From: Candidatus Krumholzibacteriia bacterium
GTDB lineage: Bacteria > Krumholzibacteriota > Krumholzibacteriia > LZORAL124-64-63
Assembly (NCBI GenBank): GCA_050174015.1
Contig: JBFXKG010000007.1
Coordinates: 96,001 to 160,000 of the forward strand
Reading direction: 5' to 3'
Length of the DNA: 64,000 nt
Notes under the pieces: model-generated
Database searches by the model: none
What the model was told of the DNA's origin: nothing
Seen by the model: the letters and a program-made list of their open reading frames with translations, nothing else
Program-made: the position numbers and the translations under genes
Shown: positions 35,660 through 44,697 of the stretch, piece by piece
How the letters are laid out: every line of letters begins with the position of its first letter
Position numbering within the stretch: position 1 is the stretch's first letter

Positions 35660-38600
35660 ATGGACCGCACGGCCACCTTTCATTCGCGCCTGCAGGGCCT
35701 GCTCAAGGCCACGCGGCGCCGCGTGCTGCGGCACGGGTGGCTGGGATTCGCCGCTCTGGGCGGGCCGGCCCTGCTCGCGGCGGCCTGGGCCGCGGGCGGG
35801 GAGCGCCGCCTCGAAGGGTTCCTGGCCTGGGGCCTGAGCCTTTCGCTGGTGGCGGTCCTGGCGGCCGCCGCCTGGGAGTTCCTGGTGAAGCCCCTGCGCG
35901 GCCTGCGGGACCGCCGGGACCTCGTGGACCTCATCGAACGGCGGGGCGATTTCGCCAACCTGCTGGTGGCCGCCGAGGAGTCGGGCCGCCTGCCGGAACG
36001 TTGGGCCGAGGGGGACCCCGTGGCCCGGGAGCTGCGGCGCCGGTTGCTGCTGCGGGCCGGGGAGATCCTGGACCTGTTGACCCCCGACCAGATCCTTGAA
36101 CTGCGGCGCCGCCGCGCCGTGCGGTCAGGAACGGCCGGCGCCCTGGTCCTGGCCCTGGTGTTCGGGGTCGCCGATCCCGGCGGGCTGGTCCGGGGCCTGG
36201 GCCGCCTGGCCGGTCCCCAGGTGCGGGAGATCGTTCCCGGCAGCGGCGGTCTGTTCGGGGAATCCGGGCCAGGGTTCGTGGTCGCCGGGGCGGATGGCGA
36301 GGTGGCCGCCAGGGACTTCGGCGGGGGAGACCAGGAGACCGTCTGCGAGATCAGGGTCGGGGCCGGCAACTGGCAGGCCATCCCGGCCGGATTGGCGCCC
36401 GCGCCTGCGGCCGAACCCGGCCTGCCCGCCCCGTACCGCCGCTGGACCGCCCGCATCGAGGACGTGCGCGAGGGCTTTTCCTGGCGGTTCCGGCGGGGGG
36501 AGAGGGTTTCCGAACCGCGCTACCTGCCCGTCAGGCATCACCCGCTGGTGACGGCCATCTCCGCGAGGATCGTCCCGCCGGCCTACACCCGGACGCCCGC
36601 CCAGACGGTGGCGGTCCTGCCCTCGTTCCTCGAGGTTCCGGCGGGCAGCGAGGTGCAGCTGAAGGGCCGACTGAACCTGGGCGTGACCGCCGCGGGGCTG
36701 GCACTGGCCTCCGGGGACACGGTTCCCCTGGCCATCGACGGCCGGGAATTCACCGGGAGCCTGACCGTCGCCGGGGAAACCGCCTTCAACGTCACCTTGC
36801 GGGATTCGGTCGGGCTGACGAACCTGGCCCCCCTCCGGTACAAGCTCTCCGCCGTCGAGGACGGCGCCCCGGTCGTGCGGCTGGAACGGCCGCAGGACGA
36901 CGGGATCCTGCCCCTGGCCGGAACCGTGGAGTTGACCGTGGATGCGGCCGACGATTTCGGCATCGCCGGCCTGGCCCTGTACCTGCGTCCCCTGGGCACC
37001 GGCGGAGACGAGGACCGGTGGTCCGGGGGGTTCTTCTTCCCCGGCGGGAACGGCCGGTGGTCGGCCTGGGATTCACCGGTCGGCGAGTGGCGGATCGAGG
37101 CCGCCACCGACACCGCCGGATCGGGGGGCCTGGTCCTGCGGGCCGACCTGACCCTGGCCCTGGAACGCCTGGAACTGGTGGCGGGCCAGGGTCTGGAGAT
37201 CGTGGCCGAAGCACGCGACAACCGCGAGCCGGGGCCGGCCAACACGGGCCGTTCGGGAATCCTGCGTCTGATCCTGCCCTCCGCATCGGACGTCCTCGCC
37301 GAGCAGGCCCGGTCCAACGAGGACCGCAAGGCCGAACTGGACGAGGCCCGGCGCCTGAATCAGGCCCTGGCCGCCGACCTGGACCGGCTCACCCGGGAGT
37401 TGATGAAGAATCCCGACCCCGACTGGACCCGCCAGCAGGAAATGGAGGCGGCTCTCGAACGCCATCGCGCCCTCCAGGACGAGCTGTCCTCCATCGCCGA
37501 ACAGCTGCGCACCCAGCTCGAGAACATGGCGACCAACCAGATGTCCTCGCCCCAGCAGCTGGAGAAGGCCGAGGATCTGGCCCAGCTTCTCGACCGGCAG
37601 GACAGCGATGACCTCGAAAGGCTCCTGGAAAAGATGGAGTCGGGCGCGGATCGGCTGACGCCCGAGGAGATCGCCCGGGCCGTCCAGGAAGTCGCCCGGA
37701 ACCAGCAGGAGCTGGCGCGCCGCATGGATGCCGCCCTGGCCATGCTCGAACGGATGAGCCGGGAGCAGGAGCTGGAGGGATTGACCTCGCTGCTGGAGAA
37801 GATGCTCCAGGACCAGCAGGAACTGGCGGACCTGACCCGGCAGCTGGCCGAGCAGAACCGGGATGCCGCCGGTGATCCCGGCGACCGGCAGGACCCGGAT
37901 CGGGAAAGGGAAGACCAGGGAGAAGGCGAAACCGGCGAGGAGGGCGGCCAGCGGACCGGTGAGGATCAGGAGGGACAGGAAGGGCAGGAGGGTCAGGAAG
38001 GGCAGGATGAGCAGGAGGGAGCCGACGGCGAGGAAGGTCCGGAGCAGGAAGCCGGGTCCGAGGAGGAGGAGGCTGCCCGCCTCGCCGAGCGCCAGGAAGC
38101 CCTCAACAGGGACATGGAGGAGCTGCAGAAGCGCATGGAGGCGGCCCTGGAGTCCCTGAAGGAGCAGCAGGAGAACCGGCCGCAGGACCGGCAACCCTCA
38201 CCCGAGAGCGCCATGGAGCAGGCCCTGGAACAGGCAATGAAGGATCTGGAGCGGCAGCAGGCCGAGGGGAAGATGCAGGAGGCCAGGGACCAGCTGATGC
38301 AGATGGACCCCGAGGAGGCCGCGAAACTCCAGGAGCAGGCCATGAGGGATCTCGGGTCCCTCTATCACGTCCTGCTCCAGTCCCAGGGCGCCATGCAGAT
38401 GGCCATGCAGCAGAACCAGGTCACCTCGTTGAGGGGACTTGCCGCCGACATGCTCGCGCTGTCGCACCGCCAGGAGGAGATCTCCCGGCGCATCCCCACC
38501 CGTTTGCGGGACGTCCGGTCCCTGGATCTCACGCGCGGCCAGCACCGCCTGCAGAAGGCCGCGGTGCAGGTGCGCGACGAGCTGGGCGAGCTGGCGGCCG

Positions 38601-39403
38601 AGGCCCCCATGCGCATCATGCCCCTGCTGAAGAAGCTGGACGGCCTGATCGAGCAGATGGGCTACGGGGTCAACGCCCTGGAGGAGAACCGGGGGACGGC
38701 CGCCCAGAGGCACGGCACCGATGCCCTGGCCGAGGCCAACAACATCATCATCGGCCTGCTCACCGAGGCGCAGATCACCGGCCAGGGGGGATCGGGCCAG
38801 TCGTCCCCCTCCCAGGCCGACCAGCTCATGCAGATGATCAAGGAGCAGGCCAAGCTGAACGGCACGACCGGGCAGCTGCGGCAGATGCTCGCCAACCGGG
38901 GCCTCAGCCAGGAGACCCGCGCGCAGATGAAGCGGCTGGGGGAAGGCCAGGGCGAACTCGCCCGGCAGATGAAGGACCTCGCCGACCAGGAGCGCATCCG
39001 GCAGGACGGCGGCCGGTTGCTCGGGGACATGGCCCAGCTCGGCCGGGACATGGAATCGATCTCGGGGGAGATCGACGAGGGCCTGGTTTCCGAGGAGACC
39101 CTGATCCGTCAGGAACGGATCCTCAGCCGCATGCTCGACGCCCGCAATTCGGCGCGCCAGCGCGACTACAGCTCGCGCCGGGAGAGCCGGACCGCCGAGC
39201 GCCTGTACGGCGACCAGGAAGGCGGGCCGGGCGCCGCCGGCGATCCCCGGGTCCGCCTGCGCTACCAGCCCCTGGACACCGCTCCGCTGGACTACCGGGA
39301 CCTGGTGCGCCGCTACTTCAGCGCCCTGGATTCCCTGCAGCGCCTCGACGCGGACCCCCTGCCTCCGTTGCGGGGGGGCGAAGACCGGGGGGAGGTGCCG
39401 TGA
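35660..39403 (+). CDS. DUF4175-family membrane/coiled-coil protein
   Basis: N-terminal TM helices, PPAYT motif, DDFGI, long Q/E-rich coiled coil, RQERILSRMLDA, YRDLVRRYF. Confidence 0.75.
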   Translation: MDRTATFHSRLQGLLKATRRRVLRHGWLGFAALGGPALLAAAWAAGGERRLEGFLAWGLSLSLVAVLAAAAWEFLVKPLRGLRDRRDLVDLIERRGDFANLLVAAEESGRLPERWAEGDPVARELRRRLLLRAGEILDLLTPDQILELRRRRAVRSGTAGALVLALVFGVADPGGLVRGLGRLAGPQVREIVPGSGGLFGESGPGFVVAGADGEVAARDFGGGDQETVCEIRVGAGNWQAIPAGLAPAPAAEPGLPAPYRRWTARIEDVREGFSWRFRRGERVSEPRYLPVRHHPLVTAISARIVPPAYTRTPAQTVAVLPSFLEVPAGSEVQLKGRLNLGVTAAGLALASGDTVPLAIDGREFTGSLTVAGETAFNVTLRDSVGLTNLAPLRYKLSAVEDGAPVVRLERPQDDGILPLAGTVELTVDAADDFGIAGLALYLRPLGTGGDEDRWSGGFFFPGGNGRWSAWDSPVGEWRIEAATDTAGSGGLVLRADLTLALERLELVAGQGLEIVAEARDNREPGPANTGRSGILRLILPSASDVLAEQARSNEDRKAELDEARRLNQALAADLDRLTRELMKNPDPDWTRQQEMEAALERHRALQDELSSIAEQLRTQLENMATNQMSSPQQLEKAEDLAQLLDRQDSDDLERLLEKMESGADRLTPEEIARAVQEVARNQQELARRMDAALAMLERMSREQELEGLTSLLEKMLQDQQELADLTRQLAEQNRDAAGDPGDRQDPDREREDQGEGETGEEGGQRTGEDQEGQEGQEGQEGQDEQEGADGEEGPEQEAGSEEEEAARLAERQEALNRDMEELQKRMEAALESLKEQQENRPQDRQPSPESAMEQALEQAMKDLERQQAEGKMQEARDQLMQMDPEEAAKLQEQAMRDLGSLYHVLLQSQGAMQMAMQQNQVTSLRGLAADMLALSHRQEEISRRIPTRLRDVRSLDLTRGQHRLQKAAVQVRDELGELAAEAPMRIMPLLKKLDGLIEQMGYGVNALEENRGTAAQRHGTDALAEANNIIIGLLTEAQITGQGGSGQSSPSQADQLMQMIKEQAKLNGTTGQLRQMLANRGLSQETRAQMKRLGEGQGELARQMKDLADQERIRQDGGRLLGDMAQLGRDMESISGEIDEGLVSEETLIRQERILSRMLDARNSARQRDYSSRRESRTAERLYGDQEGGPGAAGDPRVRLRYQPLDTAPLDYRDLVRRYFSALDSLQRLDADPLPPLRGGEDRGEVP
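37967..38020 (+). repeat. In-frame 9-bp tandem repeat (6 imperfect copies, QEG)
   Basis: CAGGAGGGA CAGGAAGGG CAGGAGGGT CAGGAAGGG CAGGATGAG CAGGAGGGA. Confidence 0.7.
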
Positions 39404-41382
39404 TCCAGCGTCCGATCCCGCGCCCGGTCATCCTTCCGGCTCTCGTGCTGCTGGCCGCGGCCGCGTTCGCGCCCCTGTCCTCGGCCCAGACCCCCCGGAC
39501 GGTGGAACCCGAATCTCCCGGCCTGCAGTTGCAGCCTGCGCCCCGTCCTCCGCGCAGCGCCGATCCCCATTCCCTGTTCGATCTGCGCCGCCGACTGCTG
39601 GAGCTGGACAAGCTGCTCTCGCTGGGCAGCATCGCCCGGGCCCAGGCCCTGATCGACGAGCTGTCCCAGCATTCCCTGCTCCAGCGGGATCTGGTGTCGC
39701 GGCGCATCCAGCTCGCCCAGCTCCAGGGCGATCACGAGCAGGCCATCGCCATCGCCAGGGAAGCCCTGGAGATCTCGGCGCGGAATCCCGGTCTCTGGCG
39801 CAGCCTGGCCGGTTCCCTGCTGGCGGCGGGTAGGCCCGATTCGGCGCGGGCGGCCATGGAGCGGTTCATCACCCAGAGCCCCAACGGGCGCAGCTCGGCC
39901 GTGGTGGCCATCGAGCAGTGCCTGGAGGCCGGTTATCCCGCGCTGGCGGTGGGGCTGATCGATTCGATGCGCACCCAGCTGGGCGAGCCGGGATTCATGG
40001 CCCGGCAGATGGCCACGGTCCTGCTGTCCCTGGACCGCCAGGACGAGGCGGCCCTCCAGGTCAGCGCCGAATTGCGCAGCAATCCCTTCAACCTCTCCCT
40101 GGTGCGGACCGACCTGCTGGACGGCCTGTACGATCCCGCCCGCCACCGGGAATTCCACGAGGGGATCCGGGCGAGGGCCCGGGAACCGCGGGCGGCGGCG
40201 GCGGAGAAGGTCCTGGCCGCCAACCTGGACCTGGTCCAAGGAGCGGCGGACCTGGCCTGGGAGCAGGCGGCCCCCCTGGTGGCGAATCCCGCCACCGCCC
40301 TTCTGCTCATGCAGAACGTCGCCACCCTGAACACCGAGCTGGGCCTGCTGCCGGTCGACCGCCAGTACCAGGCGACCATCGATTACCTGCTGCGGGTCCT
40401 GGAGGCCTTCATGAGCCCCGAGCAGCCGGACGCCCTGCTGAGGCGGCGGGCGGCCGACCAGCTGGCCGAGGTGTGCGAGAGCGCCCTGGAAGCGGGCAGC
40501 CTGGGCGCCGAGCCCCGGGCTGCGGCCGACCGGTTCAGCGGGCTGCTGCGCAGGGTCAGGGAGATCAATCCCAGCAGCGAACGGCTGTACTCCTCGCAGA
40601 TCAAGCTGGCGCGCTACGTCCGCCGTGAGCTGGGGGATCCCGCGGGTGCGGCCCGCAGCCTCGAACGCCTCCTCCTGGATCTCGACCTGCCGACCGAGGG
40701 CATCGCCCTGGCCCGCCTCACCCTGGGCGAATGCTATCTCGCCGCCGGGGATACCGCCCGCGGACGCACCGTCCTGACCCAGCTCGGCCGCGATCCCCAC
40801 TTCCGCGAGGCCGGTGGCTTCGCCCACTACCACCTGGCGCGCCTCGACCTGGCCGAGGGCCACTACGTCACCGCCCGGGACCGCTTCGCGGTGGTGGCCA
40901 TGGACAACCCCGCGGCCTCCTACTCCAACGACGCCCTGGAACTGGGCCTGGCCATCGCGGAGGAACTGGACAATCCCACGGGCGGTCCGGAGATCATCGG
41001 CTTCTACGCCCGGACCGTCATGTACGATCTGGTGGACCAGCCGTCCGCCCGTCTGGCGGCCCTGGAGGAGTTCGTCCGGGAGGCCACCCTGCGGGTGGAC
41101 CCGGATGCGAAGCAATACCTGCTGGAGCGGGGGTTGTACGAACTGGCGGGTGCGCGGGCCGAGGCGGGCGATCTCGAAGGGGCGCGCCGGGCCCTGCAGA
41201 CCATCTACCAGGAGCACGCCGACGGCCGCTACGCCGCCGTGGCCATGGCCGGCGAGGGTGCGCTGCTGATGGACGCCGGCCGGGCCACCGAGGCCCAACA
41301 GGCGTGGAACCGCCTGCTCGCCCAGTATCCCGACTACCTGTTCATCGACGACGTCCGCGACGAACTGAGGAAACTGCCATGA
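39400..41382 (+). CDS. Exported tetratricopeptide-repeat protein
   Basis: Signal peptide; TPR-like helices; NDALELGL and LLAQYPDYLF..VRDELRKL motifs. Confidence 0.75.
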   Translation: MIQRPIPRPVILPALVLLAAAAFAPLSSAQTPRTVEPESPGLQLQPAPRPPRSADPHSLFDLRRRLLELDKLLSLGSIARAQALIDELSQHSLLQRDLVSRRIQLAQLQGDHEQAIAIAREALEISARNPGLWRSLAGSLLAAGRPDSARAAMERFITQSPNGRSSAVVAIEQCLEAGYPALAVGLIDSMRTQLGEPGFMARQMATVLLSLDRQDEAALQVSAELRSNPFNLSLVRTDLLDGLYDPARHREFHEGIRARAREPRAAAAEKVLAANLDLVQGAADLAWEQAAPLVANPATALLLMQNVATLNTELGLLPVDRQYQATIDYLLRVLEAFMSPEQPDALLRRRAADQLAEVCESALEAGSLGAEPRAAADRFSGLLRRVREINPSSERLYSSQIKLARYVRRELGDPAGAARSLERLLLDLDLPTEGIALARLTLGECYLAAGDTARGRTVLTQLGRDPHFREAGGFAHYHLARLDLAEGHYVTARDRFAVVAMDNPAASYSNDALELGLAIAEELDNPTGGPEIIGFYARTVMYDLVDQPSARLAALEEFVREATLRVDPDAKQYLLERGLYELAGARAEAGDLEGARRALQTIYQEHADGRYAAVAMAGEGALLMDAGRATEAQQAWNRLLAQYPDYLFIDDVRDELRKLP

Positions 41383-42659
41383 CCAGGCCGGACCCCTTCC
41401 GGATGACCGCGATGATCCTCATGCTGATGGCGTTGCCGCCGGCCGCCGGGGCCGCGGCAGCCGGGTACGTCCTGATCCCCATGGACCTGGAGCAGGGCAA
41501 CCACCTGCGCGCCTACGGGGTGGCCTTCCACTGCCTGGAGGCGGGCGAGAACGTCAACTGGCTGCTGAACTACCGCGGGGGCAGCTTCCTCATGGAGGAC
41601 ACCCAGCGGGCCCGCCTGGACGCGCGCCTGCTGGGCGTCGATTTCCAGGTCATCGACGAGGGCGAACGCGAGAGCATCCGGCAGTTGATGGCCCAGGAGA
41701 ACATGGAGGAGGTCCTGCTGGAGAAGCCGCCCCGCATCGCCGTCTACAGTCCGCCCAACATGCAGCCCTGGGACGACGCGGTGACCCTCGCCCTCACCTA
41801 CGCCGAGGTCTCCTACGACGTCGTGTACGATCAGGACGTGCTGGCGGGCAAGCTGGGCGATTACGACTGGTTGCACCTGCACCATGAGGATTTCACCGGA
41901 CAGTACGGGAAGTTCTACGTCTCATTCGGGCTCGAACCCTGGTACCTGGAGCAGAAGCACTTTCACGAGGAGCTCGCGCGGGCCCTGGGCTTCACGACGG
42001 TCTGGCAGTTGAAGCACGCCGTGGCGGAGACCATCCGGGCCTACGTGGACGGCGGGGGCTTCCTTTTCGCGATGTGCTCGGCGACCGACACCATCGACAT
42101 CGCCCTGGCCTGGCTGCACACCGACATCTGCCCCGAACCTTTCGACGGAACGCCCTACGATCCGACCTACCGCAGCCGGGTCGACTACGACCACACCTTC
42201 GCCTTCGAGGGGTTCAAGCTGGTGACCAATCCGCTGGAGTACGAGTTCTCCGACCTGGACACCAGCAACTACGCCCAGATGAGGGGCGCCCTGGCGGACT
42301 ACTTCACCCTGTTCGCCTTCGCGGCCAAGTACGATCCGGTGCCGGCGATGCTCACCCAGAACCACGTCAACGTGATCAACGGGTTCCTGGGGCAGACCAC
42401 CGGTTTCCAGCGGAAGCACCTCAAGCGGGCGGTGACCGTGCTGGCTGCGGTGGAGGGGACCGACGAGGTCAAGTACATCCACGGCAAGCAGGGTATGGGA
42501 ACCTGGACCTTTCTGGGCGGACACGATCCGGAGGACTACCAGCACCGGGTGGGGGATCCTCCGACCGATCTGGACCTGTATCCCACGTCCCCGGGTTATC
42601 GCCTGATCCTCAACAACGTCCTGTTCCCCGCGGCGCGGAAGAAGCCGCAAAAGACCTGA
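41379..42659 (+). CDS. Conserved exported hypothetical protein (FCB family often annotated 'asparagine synthetase B')
   Basis: LIPMD..Q.NHLRAYG, WLLNYRGGSF, QPWDDAVTLALTYAE, YDWLHLHHEDFTGQYGKFY, GGHDPEDYQH, SPGYRLILNNVLFPAA; no AsnB N-terminal Cys/Ntn domain. Confidence 0.75.
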   Translation: MTRPDPFRMTAMILMLMALPPAAGAAAAGYVLIPMDLEQGNHLRAYGVAFHCLEAGENVNWLLNYRGGSFLMEDTQRARLDARLLGVDFQVIDEGERESIRQLMAQENMEEVLLEKPPRIAVYSPPNMQPWDDAVTLALTYAEVSYDVVYDQDVLAGKLGDYDWLHLHHEDFTGQYGKFYVSFGLEPWYLEQKHFHEELARALGFTTVWQLKHAVAETIRAYVDGGGFLFAMCSATDTIDIALAWLHTDICPEPFDGTPYDPTYRSRVDYDHTFAFEGFKLVTNPLEYEFSDLDTSNYAQMRGALADYFTLFAFAAKYDPVPAMLTQNHVNVINGFLGQTTGFQRKHLKRAVTVLAAVEGTDEVKYIHGKQGMGTWTFLGGHDPEDYQHRVGDPPTDLDLYPTSPGYRLILNNVLFPAARKKPQKT

Positions 42660-42833
42660 GCCCGACCCCGCACCGGGGGCCCTCACGGGCTCCCTCCCCA
42701 GGGGACTCCCCCATAAAGAGATGGTAATAATCCCACTCCCGTGATAGGATTTACGCTTCATGGTCATCCATTGCCGTCCCGTCATGCGGCCCGCGGCAGG
42801 AATGCGCCCCTGATCCGGCCCAAGGAGTTCACC

Positions 42834-43019
42834 ATGGATTTCCCGGTCTGCAAGAAGTGCGAGGACGGCCTCCTGCTCCCCCTTTCCGATTACGGAAGGG
42901 ACGGCGCGGCCATCCATTATAAAGCCTGGGTGTGCCACAATCCCCGCTGCGGTTTCAGCATCCGCATCGACAACGGGGAGATCAGCCAGGGGAGGAGGAT
43001 CGGGGAGGAGGCGCGCTGA
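42834..43019 (+). CDS. Small zinc-ribbon-like hypothetical protein (61 aa)
   Basis: AAGGAG SD before ATG 42834; CKKC...CHNPRC. Confidence 0.7.
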   Translation: MDFPVCKKCEDGLLLPLSDYGRDGAAIHYKAWVCHNPRCGFSIRIDNGEISQGRRIGEEAR

Positions 43020-43025
43020 CGAGCC

Positions 43026-43853
43026 TCAATCCGGGCGCCGGGCCGTCATGGTCCGGAGGATCCAGCCCAGAGCGATGAGAACGAGCAGCGATCCCACCGC
43101 CCAGATCCAGTCGCCGATGGTCAGGGGGGGGGGATCGGTGTAGTCGTACCCGCCGTCGAATTCCAGAGCCAGCGACACCCCGTTGTGCACCGCGTGCGCC
43201 AGAATGCAGGCCCTCAGGGACCGCGTCGTTTCGAAGATGAAACCCAGGACCAGACCCACCCCGATCAGGCCGAACAGGAACCACGGCTGCCCGTGGACCA
43301 GTCCGAACAGCAGGGCCGAGATCACCACCGCGGGGGCCGGTCCCCAGGTGCGGGACGCCAGGCGCTGGACGAGGCCGCGGAAGACGATCTCCTCGGCGAT
43401 CGGGGCGAAGACCACCCCGGCGGCCACGGTCAGCAGGATGCCGGGCAGGGTGTGGTCCTGGTTGTCCCGGGTGAAGGAGATCCACTGGGGGTCGGGGGGG
43501 TGCAGGCTGAGGGAAAGTGTGCCCAGCAGGGAGTTGGGGGCCAGGGAGGCCAGGGCCGCCAGCACCGAGACGGCGAGGACGGGCGCGGCGACCTGCCCGA
43601 GCCGCAGGTCCCGAGCCGCGGAGAAGCCCTGCGCGGGGAAGACCACCCCGAGCGGCAGCATCACTCCCAGGAGGGCTCCGGCGATCACCGGCAACGACAG
43701 GCCGGTCCCCAGGTTGAAGACCAGGATCTGACACAGGAAGTTGGCGCTCAGCAGCATGGCGGCAAACGCCAGGATGCGCAGGCTGCTCCAGGCCGTCCAC
43801 AGGCTGGGTCCCCCGGGCCGGGGAGAATATGAGTCGGGGCGCTGTGGATCCAG
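43026..43853 (-). CDS. CPBP (Abi/CAAX) intramembrane metalloprotease
   Basis: APIAEEIVFRG, LFGLVH, HAVHN motifs; first ATG is at 43757, but the frame extends to a CTG at 43853 preceded by AGGAG. Confidence 0.85.
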   Translation of the reverse strand: MDPQRPDSYSPRPGGPSLWTAWSSLRILAFAAMLLSANFLCQILVFNLGTGLSLPVIAGALLGVMLPLGVVFPAQGFSAARDLRLGQVAAPVLAVSVLAALASLAPNSLLGTLSLSLHPPDPQWISFTRDNQDHTLPGILLTVAAGVVFAPIAEEIVFRGLVQRLASRTWGPAPAVVISALLFGLVHGQPWFLFGLIGVGLVLGFIFETTRSLRACILAHAVHNGVSLALEFDGGYDYTDPPPLTIGDWIWAVGSLLVLIALGWILRTMTARRPD

Positions 43854-43965
43854 GGTGGGGATCTCCTGGCCGGGGCCTTGCTGGTGAACCGTACAGATCG
43901 ATTGTGCAATCGCTGACGGTTCAGGTTACTATTGGAGGGTTACCCTGTCAAAGGTAGGCGGGCCC

Positions 43966-44694
43966 ATGAGCGAGCGCCGGATCCAGGCGGTCATCTTCGA
44001 CCTCGACAACACCCTGACCGATTTCATGCGGGCCAAGGAGATGGCCATCACCGGGGCCGTGGACGCCATGATCGACGCCGGCCTGCCCCTCGCCCGGCGC
44101 GAGGCGGTGGACAGGATCTTCGCCATCTACAAGGCCCGGGGCATCGAGCACCAGCGCGTGTTCAACCTCTTCCTGGAGGAGACCATCGGCCACGTCGACG
44201 ACCGCATCCTGGCGGCCGCGGTGGTCGCCTACCGGCGGGCGCGGGACGGGTCCCTGGTGCTTTACCCCCACGCCAAGATGGTCCTGAACCGCCTGCTCAA
44301 GGACGGGTACAAGCTCGCGGTGGTCAGCGACGCCCCCCGGTTCGAGGCCTGGATCCGGCTGACGAGCCTGGGTCTGCAGCACACCTTCGACCTGGTGCTC
44401 ACCTTTGACGACACCGGCATCCGCAAGCCGGATCCCCGGGGGTTCACGATGGCCCTGGAGATGCTGCAGGTGCAGCCGCACCGGGCGGTCGTCATCGGCG
44501 ACTGGCGCGAACGCGACATCCTGGGCGGCCAGAAGGCAGGGATGCACACGGTCTACGCCCGCTACGGAGACGAGTACTCGCAGTACGCCGACAAGATCGA
44601 CGGCCCTTCGACCGAGCCCGACTTCGTGGCCGACGACCTGCTCCGGCTGCTGGAGATCCTCGACACCCTCAACGGCGTTCCCGCAGGAGAGTGA
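43966..44694 (+). CDS. HAD-superfamily hydrolase
   Basis: FDLDNTL motif I, VVSD, RKPDP, IGD...DILGG..AGM. Confidence 0.9.
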   Translation: MSERRIQAVIFDLDNTLTDFMRAKEMAITGAVDAMIDAGLPLARREAVDRIFAIYKARGIEHQRVFNLFLEETIGHVDDRILAAAVVAYRRARDGSLVLYPHAKMVLNRLLKDGYKLAVVSDAPRFEAWIRLTSLGLQHTFDLVLTFDDTGIRKPDPRGFTMALEMLQVQPHRAVVIGDWRERDILGGQKAGMHTVYARYGDEYSQYADKIDGPSTEPDFVADDLLRLLEILDTLNGVPAGE

Positions 44695-44697
44695 CCC

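Noticed and set aside
41379..42659. Asparagine synthetase B assignment
   Set aside because: It has a signal peptide and lacks the N-terminal Cys amidotransferase and SGGLDS synthetase motifs.
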